Below are positions 52,263-64,000 of a stretch of 64,000 nucleotides of DNA, piece by piece. Below the pieces are notes generated by a model, which had not been told where the DNA came from, did no database searches, and saw only the letters and a program-made list of their open reading frames with translations. Both the position numbers and the translations under genes were made by a program. This stretch comes from the human T2T-CHM13v2.0 reference genome, Homo sapiens. Position 1 is the stretch's first letter, and each line of letters starts with the position of its first letter. The stretch lies in NCBI RefSeq assembly GCF_009914755.1, contig NC_060935.1; one strand, given 5' to 3'.

Positions 52263-53639
52263 AGAAAGGGATGACTTGTAGGACATATCAAGACCCATCA
52301 AATCAGGGGTTCAAGGAACCTGCAAAAACAGGGTTGTTGGTCCTCCAGAGGAAACCAAATGAGCTCCACTCTTAAGCAGCCATATTCATTTGCTCATTAG
52401 GAGCAAAGAGCCATAAGTGGAATCTAAGATGAAGTAGTTATGACAGAAAGTCACGTGTGGCAGCCTCCATTCAAGCAGACTTTAAAAACATCAGAGAGCA
52501 AGCAGTAACACCCAGAAAGAGAAGACCAGTGCCCAAAAGCACCAAAGCAAAAATTACATAGAAAACTTGAAGACCCACCAGGAACAAGCCAGAAAGCCCT
52601 TGTGAATCCTGAGTTGGGGCAATCCTCATTATAGAAGCGGTAGCAGAGGCTCTCAGAAGTCCCCTGGTACTGGGAACTTCTGCTAGAAACATGCCAGAGC
52701 AGAAAGGGTAGCACCATAAAAGGCTGTGACCAAGAGATGGGCAGGTCCTCCTCTCAAGGCAGTCCTCTGCCACCTTCTCTAAGACTCCCAACTTGATGAT
52801 GCACCAGACCCTTTGCAAAGAGTATTACATCCATTCTTTCATTATAACTTCATAATCCTAATCCTAAAACATATGTGCTATCAGCATCCCTGTTACATGA
52901 CTAAAGCAACTGAGGCTCAGGAAGAACAAGTAACTTGTCTAAGGACACACAGCAAAGAATAAGAGCCAGGAGCTTCTTGTGTGTTTGTTGAATGAATGAA
53001 TGAATGAATGAACAAATATGGAGAAAGCGTCTCTTGCAAACACTTCTCCACTAACTTAAAGGGCTGGTTTAGAATATAGCAATAGAGTTTTGATGATCTG
53101 CTGACTTCATTTGATTGCAACCCTCTGCCTGAAAAATGACAGGCCCCTCTTCTGTGGTTCACCTATCACCAAAAACCCTAGCATCAGCAACACTCCACAT
53201 GCTGCCATACTGCAAACTGGGTCCAATTACAGGGAAGGAGGGTCAGCTCTTGCCTGACTCAGTTGAACCCAACTAGCAGCCCCTCAAGTTTAGCCCAAAC
53301 TTACCCAGCAGTACATTGCTATCAACTCCAATAATGGGGCATGCTGGAAAAATAAAACAGAAGATGGTTCTTAGGAAAAGATTTCCTCTTCATCAATTCT
53401 ACTTTTCTAAAGAACAAGCAGCTTGCTATCTCTCAGTAGGTTCTAATCAACATCACAGAGAAGTAGATGAAGGGCTACCACACAGAGGGTGGGAAGAAGG
53501 AAAGACTGCACCAGGAAGGAAGGGCAGGACCTGCAGGGCAAGCTGATGGGAAACACTGAGCCTCGGTTTCCTTGTGAGGATCCCCCACTACTCTGAATCC
53601 ACCCACCTGGCTGCTTCTGCTATCCCCACTGCAGTGGTC

Positions 53640-54190
53640 TGAACCCCCTCCATTTCTGGGTCTCTCCAATGGCCTCCCACCTAATCAACCACTTCTACGC
53701 CAGTTCCCTCACCCCCTGCCACCCATCAACCACAGTAACCAGAGTGAACTTCTAGAAACACAAATCAGATCACATCACACCTCACTTAAAATGCAGCAAC
53801 TGCCTCCCTTCTCACCTGGTAGAGCACCCAAATACTCCACCGTGGTCTCCAAGGGCCTCATCGGTCCTGCTCATCCCATCCTTCTCTTGCTCACTCTGCT
53901 AGAGCCACATGGGCCTTCCTGCTTCCAGGCTCATTCCCACCTCAGGGCCTTTGCACCTGCTGTTTCTTCAGTATGGGATGCTGTGACCCAGGGCCAGACC
54001 CTTCTTGTCATGCAAGTCTCAGCTCAATCATTGCTTGCCACAGGACAACCTTCCCCAACCAGCCAACATCAGCACCCTCAACTGACCCTTGTCAGTCCCT
54101 CTACCAAAGCCTTGTGTCCTGTTTTCCTCATAGCATATACCATTACTTAAAATTATCCTACTTATTATTTATGTTTTACCCCCTGTCTCC

Positions 54191-54247
<57 letters not shown>

Positions 54248-54405
54248 CTTAGAATGGGGCTCCTTAAGAGCAGGGACTTTATGGGTCTTATGGAGCAAGA
54301 CTTTATGGGTCCCTGCTCTTATGCAGGGCCTGTTCACCTGCACCTCCAGAACCTGGAACAGTGTTAGGCACAAAATAGCTGATTAATAAATTTGTGCTGA
54401 ATGAA
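53640..54405 (+). mobile_element. L2 3' region
   Basis: aaacacaaatcagatcacatcac, cctcagggcctttgcacctgctgtt and ggcacaaaatagctgattaataaatttgtgctgaatgaa. Confidence 0.85.
54192..54245. repeat. (AC)27 perfect microsatellite
   Basis: Read directly from the sequence. Confidence 0.97.
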
Positions 54406-54624
54406 AGAATACTCCAAAAGGTTCTCGTATGAATGAAATGAGATTATTATCTATAAAGAATTTTGTGGAGGCATGGCACCAAATAAGCACCAAACACACA
54501 GTATTTCCAGTAACAACTCTCTTATCTAACATGGTCAGGAGCAGCTAATAGGGTAAGCAAAAAGTTTAAAGCAGGAATCACTGAAATTGTGCAGATAAAT
54601 GTGTATGTGCATATACATATTTTC

Positions 54625-54658
<34 letters not shown>

Positions 54659-54666
54659 TACACACA
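54625..54666. repeat. (TA)n(CA)n microsatellite
   Basis: Read directly from the sequence. Confidence 0.92.
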
Positions 54667-54799
54667 AACCATAAACACTATTTCAACTTAAAATATTTCA
54701 TGCTAATATTTTGGTGTAAGGCCAAGGCTTCTATTTGAGCTGTGTCTCCAGATTGGAGTTCTACATCTTTGTTTTCCCTTTTTAAAAATTATAATTCAT

Positions 54800-54838
54800 T
54801 TTTCAGGCCTTGTTCAGCTGGTAAAAAAAATAAAAAAT
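54800..54838 (+). mobile_element. Micro-retroposed insertion (23 nt + A-rich tail) with 15-bp TSD
   Basis: aaaattataattcat [ttttcaggccttgttcagctggt aaaaaaaataaaaaat] aaaattataattcat at a TTTT/AAAA site. Confidence 0.7.
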
Positions 54839-55331
54839 AAAATTATAATTCATGACTTTTTATATCATCTATGATTTCCAAATTTGGCTTAAAATGAACT
54901 AAAAAACTGGAGAACTCGTCTTAAAAAATGGAGAAGGAATTTAAACTCATATGTGAAACCAATTGAGGGCAAAATTCTTCTAGGATTATGTACATATGTC
55001 TTCTAATCTTTATCAGCTGTCCTGCCTACAACTAATTTGACAGCCATCATTGCTAGTAATTGACTTTTATCAAGTCGTTCAATGCATGCAACTTGATTTT
55101 TTCTAAGAAGCAATTCTCTTTTCGCTCATATTTTACTGGGTCACTCAATATTTAATTAGATTATGTTAGTACAATAACAAGCTCAGCAAGCACAGGAAGG
55201 ACTGGGAAGAAACCCAGCTCTGTGACCCTTGGTAAGCATTCACCCAAGTGCAGAGGAAATGGGGGCACTCAAAGAAATACTATGGGTTCCATGCCAGCTA
55301 TGAATGCCCAGCAGGCTGTGGACTTCAGTCA

Positions 55332-55745
<414 letters not shown>

Positions 55746-57179
55746 TTACAGTCAGAGAAGATTAAATGGAAATATGCCAAAATGTTTTCCCTGGAAGATT
55801 GTTATATTCTTAACACTTTCCTATGTCTTTCAAATTTTGACAATGTCCATAAATAATATTTCACAAAAACAGAGCAAATTGTGCTCTTGGCTGAGTCAAA
55901 GGATACAAACTGCTGACAGTTACTATCTCTAGAGCCTCTGCTTTATGCCAGCAACTTACATATGTTACCTCGAGTCCTCGTGGTCACTCAGCAAACTGAT
56001 AATCAGCTTTATTATATGATCAGCCAGCCTTAGAACTGTATGACTGTGTTCACTTATGACGGTCAACATTTAAGACCAGTTCTCTATCCCAATACTGTAT
56101 TCCCTCCTCTGGTCTAAAAGCCACCAAATGTAGTCAGTATTTCCATCAGCTGGCAGGACATCAAGTCAATGAGCCATCAGCGCTGACCAAATCCTCCTTT
56201 CTTTCACTGTCATGTCCTCTACTTTGTGAGTTGATTAGAAATAAAGTCTTTCCTCATCTGTTCTGGCCTTCCCCACTGCCCTCCCACCCCTGACTGCAGC
56301 CTGTTACCTCCCTCCCCCACCTGTGGGCTCAAGACTCCCAGACCTGGGACAGATGTAGCTGCATCAGCATTTGCCCTCTAGGGCCTGTGCCTGTATTGCC
56401 CTGTCTCACTTCCCTTCCTGGACTGTGGACTTCCTTCTTGCTCTGCCATCTGCTATCTGTGTCCCCGTCCCCTCTATCTGCCCACCTGTGCTTCTGCCCT
56501 GTTCCAGCCCTGACCTCCAGGAACCCCAGGCCTCTGCCTTGCCCTCCAAGAAGTACAACCCACAGCATGGCCTGGCCTCTGTTTACCCTGTGCTCTACAT
56601 GGTGCCCTAGCTACACCTCTTCCTGGTGACTCAAGAAAGATTCAGACCTCTGCTGACCCAATTTAGTACTGACACAGCACAGGAAATTGTTGGGGTTGGG
56701 GTGGCTCACAGGTGATGGGTAATGTGGATGGGAAGAGGGTCTCCAACACCAGGTATCAGCAAAATTCTGGTGGCAGCTTCAGATAGACAAAACCCTACCA
56801 ATGACCATAGAACTTAACTACCAATGACCCTTAAATTCAAAGGACTTACTGGTTCCAATTATCAAAGAGAAAGATGCAGTCCTAGAGACACAGAGAAAGA
56901 AAAAAGATCAAGAGAAAGGGAGCAAAATCAAAAAGAGAGGCCAAGCATTGTTGAAACATGGCATCTTCCCACATTTAATATTCTCATCCCATTTCCTTCT
57001 ACGAAAAGACTTAATTAGCAACCTCAAATAGGATCTCAAAGCAAGTGATAAGGAAATAGGAGCCTATAGGGAGAAAGTCACAGCACAGGGTTCTAGAAAA
57101 GTATAGATCCAGACAGGTAGCGTTCACTGCCAAGAACCTGCAGGAGGCTGGCCTCCCGGGAGTCCCTAATACTGGCGGA

Positions 57180-57328
57180 CAGAGATGGGTTTCAAATCCC
57201 AATTTCTTCACTTCTTTCTTGAGTGGCTTTAGGTACATGTCTGAACCTTTCTGAGGCTTCATTTCCTCACATGGAAAGTGGTGATGGTAACACCTACCTC
57301 ACAGGATTGTGGAGGCTTAAATGAGTTC
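57180..57328 (+). mobile_element. MIR fragment
   Basis: gggtttcaaatccc...cttcatttcctcacatggaaag...cctacctcacaggattgtggaggcttaaatgag. Confidence 0.85.
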
Positions 57329-57344
57329 AGGCCAATACCCAGAT

Positions 57345-57539
57345 CAGCAGCCATGTCTGGAGATGTTTTTGGTTGTCACATCGTGGTGGGTGGATGGAGA
57401 TGCGCCATGGGCATCTCTCAGTAGAAGGCAGCAGGGATGCTGGCAAGCACCGGTCATCATCCTGCAGGATACAGGACACCTCCCATGACAAAGAAGGATC
57501 CAGTGCAAAATGGTGACAGTGCCGAGCTAGAGAAGCCCT
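57345..57539. mobile_element. MER20 (hAT-Charlie)
   Basis: atgtctggagatgtttttggttgtcac...cagggatgctg...caaaatggtgacagtgccgagctagagaagccct. Confidence 0.88.
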
Positions 57540-58675
57540 TCCCATGCACAGCACAGAGTCAGCCTCAGCACGTTTTAGCACCCACAACCCCTCCTCTCCT
57601 TACTTCTCTTTATGGATAGTGAATTGCCTCAGGTAAGGAGTCAAGGATCTCCTTTTCATGTATTTTCTGTACAAATAAAGAAGGTAAAAAGGCCGGGCAC
57701 AGCACCAGGCTCTCCCCAAACCTGGGAGTTCCTTTCCTTCCCTGTCTTTTTGCAGAGCCGTGCTGAGCGGGCAGCCAGGTGCACAGCAGGGATGCACCTC
57801 AGGCCGATTTGCTAGCTGACTAGCACAGGGGCCTTGGGGCAACACCTGTCGCAGACTGGAAACTGGGCAGAACAGCAACTCCAAGGAGGCTGACTGCAGA
57901 GAGACAGCCAAGCCTGGGCAGCACCTCTGAGACGCCCTCTCGTTTCCACTCACAGAGATAAAAAATGACCCTCCTATTGAACTGTTTAAGTGTGCCATTT
58001 TCCCCAGACTTGACAGCAATCCCATATTCAGAAGGTAAAAGTCAGAATTCATTTATTCAGTAATTCACTCAATTATTCAACAAACATTGGTTTCATGCTT
58101 TGGTGTGCACAGCACCCTCGTGGTTTGTGTTAGAAAAAAAAATTCAGTGTTATTACTTTTGAAACTCTGTAACTATTTAACCAAGACATCGATGGGAATG
58201 AATAAGTGACAGAGGGAAGGAAATGTTTAAATCTCACAGAATCTTGGATCTGACTAGCCTCATTTTAAATGGTGAAAATAGCTGATAAAGTGGTCAAAGT
58301 TAATATTATTCCATTATTCACTCTCTGTTTATTAAGGCATCAGAGGTGATTCATTGAGTTTCTGAAGCACAGTATTTTTAAAATCCTACTCTTTCGTGAG
58401 CAAACTATTCCAAGACACAATTTGCCTATATTATGTAATAATGTGTCTTCCCTAGAGATGGCCCAAGTAAAGCTACTTGGTTCTCATTCCTAAATTCAGT
58501 AAGGCCTGTTTCTACCTTGCCTGAGTTTGTGAGAAAATGCAAGGGAAAGTGCCTTGACAACCAGAAGACCTGGAACAAATGTTGGCCTCTATTACTCATA
58601 TCAGCCATCATAATTTTCAAATTCCTGGGAGGTAGAAGGAATGAGGCTTGGCTTTGTGCTTCTGGGTGCCAGACT

Positions 58676-58732
58676 CCAAGTTGCGAAGATGCCTGTCCTT
58701 TTTCCATTTATTGACTGCCTCGCCTGGGGAGG
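58676..58732 (+). repeat. 57-bp dispersed direct repeat, copy 1 (putative donor)
   Basis: 52/57 identical to 61768-61824, including a 30-nt exact run. Confidence 0.92.
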
Positions 58733-60064
58733 TTCTGCCCTCTTAGCTGACACAGCACAGGAAGACACTTCCCTCTTGCAGCAAATGCAGCTTCAGAGAG
58801 GCCTGAGATCTTGCTTCTACGTTGCTTGCTCCTTTGCCCACTGCCTTGCAAGAAGATCTGTGGAGGCCTCTGAGGACGAGGCTCTCAGTTGGAAGAAGCC
58901 AAGAGCCAGCCTTCAATGTTGCCAAATGCCTGTCTGGCCCAAAGCAGGAAGTCTGCAAGAACACACCCACAGTGCTGAGTGTAGAGCTCGTTTGAGGATA
59001 AAGTGCCCACCTCTGAGCTCAGCTCAGCACCTCATAAAGCGAGGCTCAGACGGCATGAATAAGATGTATCTCTAAGGCGAAGTGAGGCTTGCAGAATTTA
59101 TGCGCTCCTGGGGCCCCTTGCAAACAAGCTTAAACCAACAGTACCTGCCTCTCCTTCCCTTCTGTGTACCATCTGACGTGGCTCCTAAGACTGCCTCTTG
59201 TATTTGTCTGGGGTATGCCTAGGCTGAGCAGGCAGGCAGGAGCATGTGTGGCCTTTGAGAGGCCCTGGTTCCCTCTGGGGAAGGACTGCTCAGAAACACA
59301 GACAAGAGGCCTTCGCCATACTCTGTTGGCTTCTGTGCAAAGGAAAACAGGTAGAGAGAGCCAGGAAGCAAACAGAGAAGGAAAGTCATTTACAGGAACA
59401 GCCTGAGTGGAGAAACCAGATGTGGGCCAGTGTCAGCAGCAGAGATGGTCTGCTGCATAATTCATCCATTGTGGGTCTGTTTATGTGTCTGTTTTTAAGG
59501 TTAATCATTTGTTTGATTGAGGCCTCTTCCTCTGATCGCTTCTGTTAGCACATGAACAGCATGCCTGTATGAAATGCAAACATCCTCATTTGGCAGCCGC
59601 AGACTTTGCTAAATTATCCTTCCAGCTGCAGATAAGTTGTGACATTTGTAACAACTTGCCAGTCATGAGAGGCGTAGCGTATCCTCAGATAAATTCACGG
59701 CTGAATTCCTTCCCAGCTCCAGTCCTTAACGCTCTCCGAATGAAGGGCACTTTCCAGCCCAAGACACAAAATAGTTGAAAAGGAAGCACAGTCACTCATT
59801 TTCTTGGGATATTGGTCTGCCCCATACAGACACATTGGCCCAGATTGCAGTTCCCGTCAAAATGTTTGTAATATGTACACCAGGCAAGCATCTCATGGAA
59901 GAAGAGGGCTTCCTGCCCCACTCATACACACACTGACAGTCAGATCTCTACCCTTAGGACGGAGAAAAATAGATTCCTCTTCTCAAAAGCCACCCCTGAG
60001 GAAGTAGACGGATTTTAGTACAAAGAATCGTGAGTGGGGACCAGATAGTGAAGGCATCGGAGGT

Positions 60065-60295
60065 AATATGCTTTAGGAGGAACAGTGAGATTTTGGAGTC
60101 AGAGAAGCCTAATTCCCAGAGCCAGCTTTCCCACACTTATTAGCTGAGTGGTCTTGGATACATTATTTCACTTCTCTGAGCCTGTTTCCTCAGGGTTAAT
60201 GTGGGCTGCTATGAAGCCTAGAAATGACGATCTGAAGGGCCTGGCTCACTGTTGTTGCTTGACAGAGAATAGCTATTGCTCTGATTATTATCAAA
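60065..60295 (+). mobile_element. MIR SINE
   Basis: ttttggagtcagag...cacttattagctgagtggtcttgg...ttctctgagcct. Confidence 0.8.
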
Positions 60296-60644
60296 GACAG
60301 TCTAATCAGGTGCCCACCTCCACTGCAATTTCCAGTTTTACCTGTACCTGAATCCTTGCAGGGATGCTACAGCCTGCAGGTGTTCATCCATCCCATCATT
60401 TCACAAAGACTCCATGGTGCCTGCTCAGGCCAGGCCCTGCGCTAGGCACTATGTGTTCAGCCGCTAATAAAGTAAGCTCCCAAGAAGCTGAGTTCACTTG
60501 AGTGTGAGTTTGACAGTAAGAAAAGATTTCCTAATTTTGAGTCAAAACTACTACAGTGCCACAGTATTCCCTGCGGATTATGAGAAAGCTTCGCCACCTT
60601 CTGTGACCGTTCCAACTGTATATTCAGGCATCATCTTTTTTCCC

Positions 60645-60875
60645 CTTTTTGTTGACGTAAATGTACATACAGAAAAGTGCACCAAATACATGTGTACAAT
60701 CCGATGAATTTTCTCAAGTTTAGCACCCCCATACAGCAATCTCCCTGGTCAAATCATTGCCAGCAGTGCAGAAACCCCTTGTTCTCCCTTCCACCACTAC
60801 TCAACCAAGGGTAACCATGATACTGAATTCTAACAGCAAAGGTTCATTTAGTCTGTTTTACCATTTTGACATTAT
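60645..60875 (-). mobile_element. L1ME/L1MC 3' fragment
   Basis: catacagaaaagtgcac...gatgaattttctcaa...aagggtaaccatgatactgaattctaaca. Confidence 0.78.
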
Positions 60876-61351
60876 CTTTTAAAAAAATGATTTGTACTGG
60901 GTTCTTCTCTCTCTTGGCCTGAGCATATAAAAGCAAACACTGAATAGGTTTCCTTCTATATCATGAAGTTCTGCCTTTACACAGTTTTCTTTTCTGTTGA
61001 GCTCCTGAGGGCCAGGGCATGTGCCACAGAGCCTGCACATAGTAAGTGCTCAGTAAGTATGTGCTAAGTAAATGAATGATGGCAGGATCCCTCCATACAC
61101 CCCAGCAAAGGCAGGATCAGAGCCAACAGCTGCAGGGCAGAGAGCACAGTGTACAAGATCTGAGAAGGAATTGCAGAGCAAAGTCCTCTTTTCCAGGTAA
61201 TTCTGTCCCTCTGGACTGAATAGCCCTGGGCACACTCCTGACTCCCTGAAGTTCTAGTGAGTAACAAGCATTTTATTCTGCCCTCAAACATATTCATATT
61301 TTTCTTATTGAAAAGAAAAAAAAAAACTTGATCACAAATAAATCAGGTCAT

Positions 61352-61655
61352 CACCGGGCGTGATGGCTCATGTGTGTAATCCCTGCACTTTGGGAGGCTG
61401 AGGCAGGTGGATTGCTTGAGCTCAGGAGTTCCAGACCAGCCAGGGCAACATGGCAAAACCCCATTTCTATAAAAAATACAAAAAATTAGCCAGGCATGGT
61501 GGTATGCACCTGTAGTCCCAGCTACTCAGGAGGCTGAGGTAGGAGGATCACCTGAGCCTGGAAGGTGGAGGTTGCGGTGAACCATGATCATGCCACTGCA
61601 CTTTGGCCTGGGTGACAGAGCAAGACCCCATCTCAAAATATATATATATATATAT
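61352..61655 (+). mobile_element. AluJ with (TA)n-converted tail
   Basis: gagctcaggagttc...gggcaacatggc and ggaggatcacctgagcc. The tail reads aaaatatatatatata. Confidence 0.93.
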
Positions 61656-61704
61656 TGGGTTATGGAACATTTAATGAGAGCCTATACTTGCTAGGCAAGA
61701 GGGG

Positions 61705-62110
61705 CAATTTACTGAGTGCCAATTATGTGCTGGGCATTCTGTTTGCCTTGGATGACTCAGAGATGAACCAAGTTCCTAAGATCCCTGTCCTTTTTCCATT
61801 TATTGACTGCCTCATCTGGGGAGGCACCCTTGCTGCTCACAAGTAGCTTCCCAGCTAAAGGAAGCTACAAGCACATAAACACACAACTGCAACATCAAAG
61901 TGTTGGAAGCGCTAGAACCCAGATATGTACAAAGTGCCATGGGAACATAGGAAAAGGAGCAAAGTTTAAAGAAAATGCCACCTTGAGGGGATGACATTTG
62001 AAGAGGGCTTGAAGAATGAGTGGAGTTCAGTAGATGAACACAGGGAAAGGATGTTCCAGGCAGAGTAAATGGCATGATATTTTGTAGTACACACACTCCA
62101 GGCAACTGGT
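61705..62110 (-). mobile_element. L2 fragment
   Basis: atttactgagtgcc..tatgtgctgggca...gagatgaac, and gatgacatttgaagagggcttgaagaatgag...gttccaggcagag. Confidence 0.78.
61768..61824 (+). repeat. 57-bp dispersed direct repeat, copy 2 (inside an L2)
   Basis: 52/57 identical to 58676-58732. Confidence 0.92.
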
Positions 62111-64000
62111 TGTTTATAGCCAGTGTCTGCTATGATTAGTCATGGATTGGTTGTGAGATATTATGAATATCAACCTTAAGTAAAAACAAGAAGACAGGAA
62201 AGGACAGACCACACTAAGATAACAGTGTGAGTTACCAGATTCTTGAATCTCTATGAAGGATGGCAGGCAGATGGCATGCATACCAGCACTGACTCCTATG
62301 CCCACAGCAGATCCAAGTAATCAATCACAGCACTCTCTCCAGTGTCACCCAGAAACAACCTGCTCAGCAAAGAGCTCTAGGCCATCACCACAAAGTAATA
62401 GGAGCTGGCATCATCCTGGGTTGCATATTACAGCTTCCATTGCCTTACCACCTCCTCCCCCATCAATGCCACATCATCTGGATTCAGTCTCCGACATCCC
62501 AATGAAAGCATTCTCACTAAGATTTCCATTGCCTTCCTCCTCACCAGATTCAGAAGTCCCCATTCTGATTTAATACCACACTCGCTTCCTCCTGCAAACT
62601 CTTGCTGCTTCCTCCCTGAATCCAGTGTACCTGCTCTCTCTCCTTCATTTGCATGCCTTCAAGTTCTGTCTATGCTTTCTTCCCACTGTTTCACATCTGG
62701 ACCCTTTCCACAGTAAATCCTCTAGCCCAGGCCTTACTGATCTAATCTCCGAGTCAGAGAAGCCAGCCATCCATCCTCACTCCTCTGAAAGGAAGTCATC
62801 CTCCCCTATGGCCTTCCTTATCAGTACAGGTTAGCAAGCATTTAAAGCTCAGCTCAGCTTTCAGGGACAAAATTATGTATTATTGAGGTTTCCTGCAGTC
62901 ACCCTGCAGCAACTTGTAATGCCCAGAACCATCTGGCTGCTTTAGTCCTCGGGAGCCTCAGTGATGAAAGGCACAGCCAAGCAAGAGGGTGAAGCTACCA
63001 GTGAAAATAAAATTAAGAATTTATTTATCGATTTCAAACAATCTATGTCCCCAGAACTCCAGCATACAGCTCCTCTGGCAAGTGAATATAAAAAATGTAC
63101 AACCAATACATGCATACACACCATAAAACCCCACATGGTTTTGCTAGGTCTAAGCTATTCATGTATTTTGCAAAAGAGAAACCACTACAAAATATTTAAT
63201 ATGTGTTCACTTCACAGGTGGCTTCTTTTTTCCTAAAGTGGGATGACTTCAGACCCAGGATAGTCAGGCAAGGATGTCAAATACACCATCTAGACCCTGT
63301 CCAGATGACTATACTTCCCCCAAATAGCCATGAGGGGGACAAGGAAAAGCAACTGGTGGTTCAAGCGTTTCGTGTGCAGGGCGACTTCCCAGAGTGCTTG
63401 CACTGAAGACAGTGCTCATCCCAGGCTCAGGCTTCCTGGAGTAGTGCTGGCCATGCATCAACCAGAACTATTGATTCCCGTCATTGCTATTTTCTGGTAG
63501 AAAGTGGGGTATTTGTCTTAGGTTAATTTTAAAAGGACTATGAGAAAGAACTGTGTTATTAGAAAAGTGAAGGCATGTGAAATAACTCTGAAGACTATGC
63601 TGCTTCCAGATACTGAGGGGACAAAACTTCCAGTCAATGGGCAAGAAAATAACTCCAAAGACCCAAGGAAGGTACAGCCCTGGTATCCTGGAAAATGTGC
63701 AGCTGCTGAGGAGGGTAGAGAGTTGGCCATGGAAAATGGCCAGCCTGTCCTCTCTCAGATAATCCTATGTCCCTTCCCAAACCACATTTTCACTTCTTCA
63801 TCTTCCACAGTAGATGCCCCAGACAAGAAAAAGTACAGGACAAAACCCTTCAGGGTCGCTCCCAATAGAAAGAGCACCTGCAAGAAAGTTACTCTCTGGC
63901 AGAACACATTCCTTGTACACTGGGAACCTGAAAATGTGGGCAAACAAACAGAGGTGAAAGTGATCTGTGAGTTGGTTGGCTTCCTTGGCACTGTTATTCA

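Noticed and set aside
58676-61824. 57-bp direct repeats as LTRs of a 3.1-kb element
   Set aside because: There are no TG..CA termini, PBS/PPT or TSD, and the interior is ordinary intron with older MIR and L1M fragments.

Overview
Mammalian (primate, almost certainly human) genomic DNA lying wholly inside one minus-strand gene. The only coding segment is a 193-nt internal exon (5655-5847, - strand). It encodes EAPAKPEEAEAEPFTDSSLFAHWGQELSPEGRRVALKQFQYYGYNAYLSDRLPLDRPLPDLRPSG, which I recognise as GALNT18 (GALNTL4) exon 2. Positions 1-5654 are intron 2 and 5848-64000 are part of the large intron 1. The rest is intronic sequence rich in interspersed repeats (Alu, MIR, L1, HAL1, L2, L3/CR1, MaLR/ERVL LTRs, hAT-Charlie MERs) and microsatellites. 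All other ORFs in the track look spurious or TE-derived. I found no novel multi-gene system. The most interesting unexplained structures are: (1) a hidden ~120-bp inverted repeat whose left arm was split by an L1 and an Alu (49261-50697); (2) an inverted THE1C/THE1B LTR pair bracketing exon 2; (3) a CpG-retaining 13-bp-stem hairpin in unique sequence (20695-20815); (4) a 39-bp poly(A)-tailed micro-retrocopy with 15-bp TSDs (54785-54853); (5) two templated-insertion repair scars; and (6) a 49-bp VNTR and a 52-bp tandem duplication. Repeat subfamily names come from recalled consensus sequences, and repeat boundaries without TSDs are approximate.
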